64,000 bases of DNA, from NCBI RefSeq assembly GCF_009914755.1, contig NC_060945.1; one strand, 5' to 3'. This DNA is from the human T2T-CHM13v2.0 reference genome, Homo sapiens. The translations under genes were made by a program, and so were the position numbers. Position 1 is the first letter of the stretch. Every line of letters starts with the position of its first letter. Shown here piece after piece: positions 53,768 to 64,000 of the stretch. The notes under the pieces were generated by a model. The model saw only the letters and a program-made list of their open reading frames with translations. It was not told where the DNA came from and did no database searches.

Positions 53768-54945
53768 GCGTGTGTGTGCATGCATGCATGTGTGTGTGTG
53801 TGTGCATGTGTGTGCATGTGTGCCTGGGTGTGTGCACGTGCATGTGTGTGCATGTGTGCCTGGGTGTGTGCACGTGCATGTGTGTGTGCATGTGTGTGTG
53901 CACGTGTGTGTGCATGTGCCTGGGGGAGTGTGTCTGTGTGCATGTGTGTATGCACGTGTGCCTGGGTGTGTGCACGTGCATGTGTGTGCATGTGTGCCTG
54001 GGTGTGTGCACGTCCATGTGTGTGCACGTGTGTGTGCGTGTGTGTGGGTGTGTGTGCATGTGCCTGGGGGAGTGTGTCTGTGTGCATGTGTGTGTATGCA
54101 CGTGTGCCTGGGTGTGTGTGCATGTGCCTGGGTGTGTGTGCACGCATGTGTGCATGTGCCTAGGTGTGTGCATGTGTGCCTGGGTGTGTGTGTGCACGCC
54201 TGTGTGAGCATGTGTGCCTGGGTGTGTGTGCATGTGTGAGCAAGTCCATGTGTGTGCGTGTGCATGTGTGTACGTGTGTGTGCATGTGCCTGTGTGCGTG
54301 TGCATGTGTGCCTGGGTGTGTGTGGGTGTGTGCGCATGTGCCTGGGGGAGTGTGTCTGTGTGCATGTGTGTGTATGCACGTGTGCCTGGGTGTGTGCGTC
54401 TGTGCATGTCCCTGGGTGTGTGTGCACGCATGTGTGCATGTGCCTAGGTGTGTGCATGTGTGCACACGTGTGTGCATGTGTGTGCATGTGTGCACACGTG
54501 TGTGCATGTGTGTGCATGTGTGTGCATGTGTGCCTGGGTGTGTGTGCACGCCTGTGTGAGCATGTGTGCCTGGATGTGTGTGCATGTGTGTGCAAGTCCA
54601 TGTGTGTGCTTGTGTGCATGTGTGCCCGTGTGTGTGTGCGTGTGTGTCTGGGTGTGTGTGCGTGTGTGCATGTGCGTGTGTGCGTGCCTGGGTGTGTGTG
54701 CACACGCATGTGTGTGCATGTGTGCCTGTGTGTGTGCACTCGTGTGTGAGCATGTGTGCCTGGGTGTGTGTGCATGTGTGTGCAAGTCCATGTGTGTGCT
54801 TGTGTGCCTGTGTGTGTGTGTGCATGTGCGTGTGTGTGCATGTGTGTCTGGGTGTGTGCATGTGCGTCTGTGTGCATGTGTGCCTGGGTGTGTGTGTATG
54901 CACACACATGTATATGCATGTGTGACTGGGTGTGTGTGCATTGTG
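53768..54945. repeat. Complex (TG)/(CA)-based array, ~1.2 kb
   Basis: gtgtgcatgtgtgcctgggtgtgtgcac modules, with internal block duplications. Confidence 0.95.
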
Positions 54946-55772
54946 GGGGGTGGGGGGAGTGCTGAACGTGCCTTCGCAGTGACAACTCCAACTCTAAGTC
55001 GGTACCACAGGGCTCATTCTCGCCTTCCTTCCCTGTGTGTCTAACGCTTCCTCTCCAGTCAGGAGAAACCTGCTTCATGCCACCCACCGTCTCCTTACTG
55101 ATCTGTTCGACCCTGGAATTCACGTGAAGCATTTTCAGAATTGTACCTCGTGAGAAACAAATGAATCCAGAAAGTCAACCAGAGGGTGATGCAGCACATG
55201 GTGGCTCGGAGCACACAGCCTCTCCGAGGCCATCACAGACGCACTGGTGTGGGGGGCTCCCCTCAGACCCTCAGCGATGGCACTTTCTGTAGGCCGCGGA
55301 GGTAGGGGCCGCAGAGCCAAGCTTGCTAGCATCCATGGGACGCTGAGGCCCCAAATAATAGAGACCAGATGGCAGCGCTTACCCCCAGGGCCGAGCTGAG
55401 GGGGCGGCCAGAGGCGCTTGGCCTGCAGGGAGCCGTGGAGGCTGGCGGAGCACGGCACCCTGGGAAAGGTGGCAGGGGCAAGAGGGTCACACAGGTCATA
55501 GGCCAGCCCAGCGGGCAGGGCCCTGCACGTCCTTCTCACTGGCACCTCTGCAGGACCCGAGAGGGGGCATGGCCCAGAAAAGGTGTTCAATAATTGTTGT
55601 CTGAGTGTGTAATAAAGGAACAAATGAATGATTGGAAAATTCACAGACTGCTTCCCCGACTACATGGAGGGAAAAGGGTAACCATTTGGTACATGGTAAA
55701 GTTCAAGCATCAGAAATGCCGGATTAAATTGAATAAATGTGCCAACGATTAATTCAGTGGCTTCAAGAATTA

Positions 55773-56127
<355 letters not shown>

Positions 56128-56602
56128 TTAGCAAGGACCCCTCCAAAGCCCGCCTTTCTCTTGGCCACTCATGTGCGCTCTCAGCATGTCCAGAAGCTCC
56201 TGCATTTCTTCGTCTGCAACAGAAGGCTGGCTTGCTGATCGACTGATTGACAACTTCTTTAAAAGCAGAGCCTCCAGTCATCTTTCAGATGGCTCATTGT
56301 GGGCCGTGTCTTTTTAGGTTGGCGGCACCCTTCTTTTTTAAAAGTACACCTGTTGGTGGAAAGTTAACACTCTTTGAGGACTGGATGAGCTTGTATTTCG
56401 CTAAGGCGCTGTGGATTTGGAAGGAAGAAGGTGCCAGGGCTGTGCAGGTGAACCTGCTCTGCGATTCTATGAAAGAGCAACTGCCCCAAATACCTTCCCT
56501 GCCACAGGCCTGAACGCCTTCATCCTCAGTGTGAACCCCTCTCGGGACCGAAGGCACTGATAACATGGGCATCTGCTCCCTGGGTGGGCTTGCACGCCTC
56601 TG

Positions 56603-56630
56603 CAGGGTCTCTCGTTAACGAGAGACCCTG
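56603..56630. repeat. Perfect 28-bp palindrome
   Basis: cagggtctctcgttaacgagagaccctg equals its own reverse complement. Confidence 0.97.
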
Positions 56631-56947
56631 AGAACCTGGCACCTGGGAGGAAGGCATGGATTTCCGTGGGTGTGGCTCACGCTAGGTGGTGGTGAAGCCC
56701 TGCAGAGTCAAGAGAGGACAAGAGGACAAGTGCGTGGAGGAACCCACAGAGGAGGGGCAGGAGCCAAACTCTCCATGAGCCCCTGGACCCCCGAGCAGCT
56801 GAGATCACAGCGCTCCAGCCAACAAAAGGCAAGCAGTGACGTGAAGAGAGCCCTGGAGTCAGAGTGAGAAGTCCTGGGCTCTGGCCACAGCTCTGCCCAC
56901 TTGTGAACATGATTTTTGTAAGTTCATGAATAGAAGGAGAGGAATTT

Positions 56948-57290
56948 TCTTAGTCTGCTTGTGTTGCTATAACAAAATACCTGAGACTGGGTAATTTATC
57001 AATAACAAAACTTTATTTTCTCACAGCTCTGGAGGCTGGGAAGTCCAACATCAAGGCCCCTGCAAGTTCAGTGAATGGGCAAAGGCCCATTTCTCATGGA
57101 AGGTGCTGCCTGGGGGTCCTCACACGGTGGGAAGAATGAAAAGGGGAAAAGGGACAAGTGCCACGTCCTCAGATGGCAGCAGAAAAGCAAAAGGCACACG
57201 CAGGCTCCCCCCGCCCTTTTATAAGGCGCTAACCTGCTCATGGTGGTGGAGAAGGCCTCACCTCTTCATACGCCAAAATGAAGATTAACT
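56948..57290 (-). mobile_element. MST/MLT1A-type LTR, truncated by the pseudogene
   Basis: cttagtctgcttgtgttgctataacaaaatacctgagactgggtaattt...aggcctcacctcttcatac. Confidence 0.85.
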
Positions 57291-57617
57291 TTCTTTTTTT
57301 CCCCAAAAAGCATAGTTCTTACTGATACACAGTCCTAACCACTTGAGTGGTGGGTGAAGTGGGAGAGGATCTCTTTTGAATCATAATGCGGCTTCACTGT
57401 TACCAAATACGCAGGCTGGTGGCATCACGGATGTATAAACCAGTGACAATGTTTAGTTTCTGCTAGAATGACAAGGTGAGCGTCAGCCTCTGCTTCTGTA
57501 AGTATCCTGAATTTAGGATTTGCAGCTGTAATCTCTCCAACTTTTCTTTCTGATGATTTGAAACCAATGGATAGCACGGTAGACAGGCAGGTAATTGCAG
57601 TTACCACTGTCTGTTCA
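57291..57617 (-). pseudogene. PSMA6P3: Processed pseudogene fragment of proteasome 20S subunit alpha 6 (PSMA6): C-terminal ~54 codons, 3'UTR and A-tail remnant; possibly PSMA6P3
   Basis: Reads [53 protein letters not shown] versus recalled PSMA6 [53 protein letters not shown] (42/53); frameshift just before the TAA at 57453-57455; 3'UTR-like taaacattgtc...atccgtgatgccac...aagtggttaggact. PSMA6 origin is confident; the P3 assignment is from memory. Confidence 0.85.
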
Positions 57618-57970
57618 GGCCGGGCACAGTGGCTCATGCCTGTAATCCCAGCACTTTGGAAGGCCAAGGCAGGCATCTAGGAGGAAGGCATGGATTTACG
57701 TGTGTGTGGCCCATGCTGGGTGTGGTGGTGAAGGAAGTGGTGAGGTCAGGAGTTCGAGACCAGCTTGGCCAGCATGGTGAAGCCCCGTCTCTACTAAAAT
57801 TACAAAAATTAGCATGGTGGCATGGCATACAGGCATGGTGGCACATTCCTGTAATCCAAGCTACTTGGGAGGTTCCAGGGAGGCAGAGGTTGCAGTCAGC
57901 AGAGATTGCGCCACTGCACTCCAGCCTGGGTGACAGAGTGAGACTCTGTCTCAAAAAAAAAAAAAAAAAA
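57618..57970 (+). mobile_element. Rearranged AluS with ~70-bp foreign insert, no TSD
   Basis: Left arm interrupted at 57672-57740; gcatggtggca duplication; deletion in right arm; flanks unrelated to each other. Confidence 0.9.
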
Positions 57971-59073
57971 GATATGCCAAGCAAATAGAAATTATAAGAA
58001 AGTTGGAGGTGCAACTTTAATGTCAGGCAAAGTGGACCCAGGACAAACAATATCATAAGGAATAAAGAAGAAAGATAAAGAAGTCAACTCGTCAAGAAGA
58101 CAGCATCTGAAATGAATATTCACCAAATGCGAAATTCTCAACATCCATGAATTAAAAACGGACAGAACTGAAAAGAGAAATGGATTAATCCACAATTATA
58201 ATACTTATAATGGCGATTTCAACCCCCTTTCAGTAACTGTTAGAACACATAGGCATTAGAGTTAATCAAAAAGTCAATAATTATTCATCTAAAAGTCAAC
58301 ATTTTGAAGACATCCAAATATTCTGAAATCAAGCAATGCACTTCTAAATAATATTTCAGTCAAAGAAATCAAAAGAAAATTTAAAAATATTTTTTACTGA
58401 AAGAAAGTAATATTTTTAATGTCAAAATAAAAGGTATACCTAAAACAGTGTTTGGAGAAAAACACACAGCCTTATGTGCTTGTATTAAAAAAGGAGAAAA
58501 GTCTAAAATCAAGGATATAGGTTTCTACTTAAGAAGCTAGAGAAAGTAAAAGTAAATCAAAAGCTAAGTAGAAAGATGGAAATTAAAAAAGAAAAGAGTG
58601 GATATCAAGGAAACTGACCAAAAAAATGGAGAAAACCAATTAAATCAAAGCTGGTTTATTGAAAATGTCAATAAAATTAATAAGTATCTAGATAGATTGA
58701 TCAAGATAAGAAAAAAGAAAAAACACAAATTACCAATATGAGGACTAAACTGGAGCACAGCACTACAGATCTTACAGATGTTAAAAGGATCATAAGGAAA
58801 TATTATATTATAAAGACCTCAAAATTGACAACTTAGAAGAAATGGAAAAATTCATTAAAAGACACAAATTACCAAATTGGATAAGGGAAATAATAGAAAG
58901 TCTGAATATAGCTATAGACTAAAAGAAATTAAAATTATTACCAAAACCTTCCAAAATGGAAACTCCAGGCCCAGATGGCTCCTGGATGAATTCTATCAAA
59001 TATTGAGGAAGTAATAATGCCGATCTTCACGAAAGCTGTCAGAAAATAGAAAAATTTCCAACTCATTTTTTGA

Positions 59074-59449
<376 letters not shown>

Positions 59450-59645
59450 TAACAGACAGATTTTAAAAGGAAAGAGACCTGTATGCCAATATCACTCACA
59501 AGCCTACAGTTAAAAGTCCTTAACAAAATCAAATTCAGCAATGTATTTTTTAAAATTCATCATGATCAAATGGGATAGATCCCAGAAATGCTAGACTCAT
59601 TTAATATTAAAAACCAAATAATACAATTCACCATATTAATATAAA

Positions 59646-59935
59646 TTTTTTTAAGACAGAGTCTCACTCTGTTTCCCAGGCTGAGGTAGAGTGGCGTGAT
59701 CTCGGCTCACTGCAACCTCTGCTTCCCTGATTCAAGCAATTCTCCTGCCTCAGCCTCCCGAGTAGCTGAGATTACAGGTGCCTGCCACCACCCCTGGCTA
59801 ATTTTTGTATTTTTAGTAGAGATGGGGTTTCACCATGTTGGCCAGGCTGGTCTTGAACTCCTTACCTCAAGTGATCCACCCACCTCAGCCTCCCAAAGTG
59901 CTGGGATTTAAAGATGTGGGCCACAGTGCCAGGCC
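59646..59935 (-). mobile_element. AluS-type SINE
   Basis: Full antisense Alu. Confidence 0.93.
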
Positions 59936-60469
59936 TATAATGATTTTTTAAAAACATATGATCATCTCAGATTTCTCTACATCTATAGAAAAAGCATTTG
60001 TCAAAATCCAATAGCTGTTTATCATAAAAACTATTAGAAATCAGAAATAGGGAACCTCTTCAAACCTGACAAAGAATATCTATGAAAAGCTTATAGCTAA
60101 TATCAATTTAATGAGAAAGGTTAAATCTTTCCTCTTAAGGAGCAGTGCAGTGGTGAATACTCTCCCCACTTCTCTTCAATGGCATATGCAGAGCCCTGGC
60201 CTAAGCCCAGACTTTTTATGAGAAAAATAAATAAAAGGCATACGAATTGGGAAGAAAGATGTAAGACTGATTGTCTTTATACACAGACAACATGATTGCG
60301 TATCTAGAAAACTTAGGAAACCCAAAAAGCTACTAGAACTGACATTTGAATGTAGCAAAGTCACAGAATACAAGATCAATGAACAGTCAGAAATTATAAT
60401 TTATGAACTACAATTTATGATAGTATCAAATAACAATAAATGCTTAGGGATAAATTTAACATTTGGATC

Positions 60470-60569
60470 TCCAAGTGTAGTGGCTCCTCACACCTATAAT
60501 CCCAGCACGTTTGGAAGCTTAGGTGAGTCCAGTTCAAGACCAGCCTGGGCAACATGGAAGGACAGCCTG

Positions 60570-60572
<3 letters not shown>
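60470..60572 (+). mobile_element. Alu left-monomer remnant
   Basis: cacacctataatcccagcac...agttcaagaccagcctgggcaacatgg. Confidence 0.7.
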
Positions 60573-62649
<2,077 letters not shown>

Positions 62650-62654
62650 ACTCT

Positions 62655-62740
62655 TAGCTTCTGTGTGTGTTTCTGTGTGTCTGTATCGTCTCCTCTTCTT
62701 ACATGGACACCAGCCATTAGATTAGGGCCACCTAATCCCA
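62655..62740 (-). mobile_element. MLT1 LTR fragment
   Basis: ctcctcttcttacatggacaccagccattagattagggccacctaatcc. Confidence 0.6.
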
Positions 62741-63504
62741 TAGAGCTACAGGACACAGGACGTCCTGGTTCCTGGAGCATTGACTGTAAGTCAGACGTTA
62801 TGTAATACAATTCTCTCTTCACAAAGAGAAACGGATAAAATGTGTCTACTTTGTCATTTTGGATTGGAGAAGAGAACGTCCATGGCTCTTTGAATGAATG
62901 AACCATTTCACCAAGTCTCAGTGGCCCCAAGAATCCTTAATAAATACCCTACTGCTGGTTCCCCGGTGCTGGGGTGGGGCAGATGAGTAGCGTAGCACCG
63001 AGAGCTCATGGTCCTTCTCAGGACTGTGGTTTCAGACACTGGGTAAGGGTGTGTCTGAAACGCACAAGTGTGTCCCTGCTTCTAGGGAGTCCCCAGAACA
63101 CAGCAGGCACCCGCACAGACCTTCCACACGGATGGCTCACTCTTCTCCACGCACCAGTAAAGATCACCCAGCCAGGAGGACTGGACTTGGCCCTGGGACA
63201 CCTGGTGGTCTCCTGCTTCGGTCTGGATGCCCCCGTGAAGTCGTAAAGGCCCCCAGGTGGACCCAAGGAAAGCGGGGAGGAGAGGGCTTCCTCGTGGGGC
63301 TCCAGAAACCAGGCACTCGGGCCCCTGCCTCTGCGAGACGTGTTCACTCATTTTGCGGGGTCCCCAGTCTCTGCAAAGCACAGCACCGACGCAAGGCTGG
63401 TCTCTCTGCTTCGCAGGACTCGGTGGTGACATGGGCCGATGGTGGAGGTGCAGGCACCACGGCCTTCCTGCTCCCCACTGGGGTGGAAGCTGCAAAGCTC
63501 CTTC

Positions 63505-63700
63505 GTTGAAGTGGTCACTCCCAGTACCTTGGAATGTGACTTATTTGGAGACAGGGTGTTTGAGAGGCCCTGAAGTAAAAGGAAGCCATCGGGGTAGCCC
63601 TAATCCAATCCGACTGGCATCCACATAAGGAGAGGAGATGAGACACAGACATTCCCAGAGGGAGGACCACATAATGACATGGAGGAGACGCCATCTGCCC
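63505..63700 (+). mobile_element. MLT1B-like LTR fragment
   Basis: gttgaagt...cccagtaccttggaatgtgacttatttggagacaggg...ccctaatccaatccgactgg. Confidence 0.75.
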
Positions 63701-64000
63701 ACGATTCCTGTCCCTGGAGCATTGCAGTGAGGCCGGTGTGGGGCAGCCTCAGGGGCGTCCACACCAGGTGAGACGGGGGGTCCAGAGAGACGACGGGCTT
63801 GAGGGGTCCTCACCCTGCACCTGCAGCACCAAAAACTCACCGAGGCCCTCAGGGTCCTCCTTCCCGCACCAGCGGTTCTCTTGCACTTTCTCCTCACTCG
63901 GGACTCAAGGGGCCACCCAGAGCAGCCACCGCAGGCGCCCTGCATGGCTAGAGGGGCCGCCAGGGTCCATGCTCCCGGAGCCTTCTCAGCTCCAATGCAG

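Noticed and set aside
53615-55132. 505-aa His/Thr-rich ORF (metal-binding-like)
   Set aside because: Standard translation of a CA/TG low-complexity array

Overview
Primate (human-like) non-coding genomic DNA with a distal/subtelomeric character. It contains many Alu elements (J, S, Y), old L1M fossils, one L1PA 3' end, MaLR/ERV1 solo LTRs, MIR/L2, hAT and Tigger remnants, and about 11 tandem arrays totalling roughly 9-10 kb (~15% of the window). I see no credible intact protein-coding gene: the long ORFs are read-through of GC-rich DNA, minisatellites or L1 ORF2. The only gene-derived sequence I recognise is the 3' end of a processed PSMA6 pseudogene (57291-57617, minus strand). From memory this fits PSMA6P3 in the COL6A1-COL6A2 interval of 21q22.3, which is unverified. 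I do not find a new gene system. The most interesting signals are mutational footprints: (i) five minisatellites that sit inside, and mostly appear derived from, GC-drifted L1 fossils; (ii) an inverted duplication of an Alu plus its non-Alu flank bracketing a 1.55-kb G4-type VNTR; (iii) a perfect 28-bp palindrome next to a 60-bp segment that was copied into a rearranged Alu 1 kb away, at a probable deletion junction; (iv) an inverted Alu pair only 31 bp apart; (v) a motif-dense candidate enhancer at 5.4-6.0 kb. Repeat subfamily calls rest on recalled consensus sequences, and boundaries are approximate unless TSDs are given.
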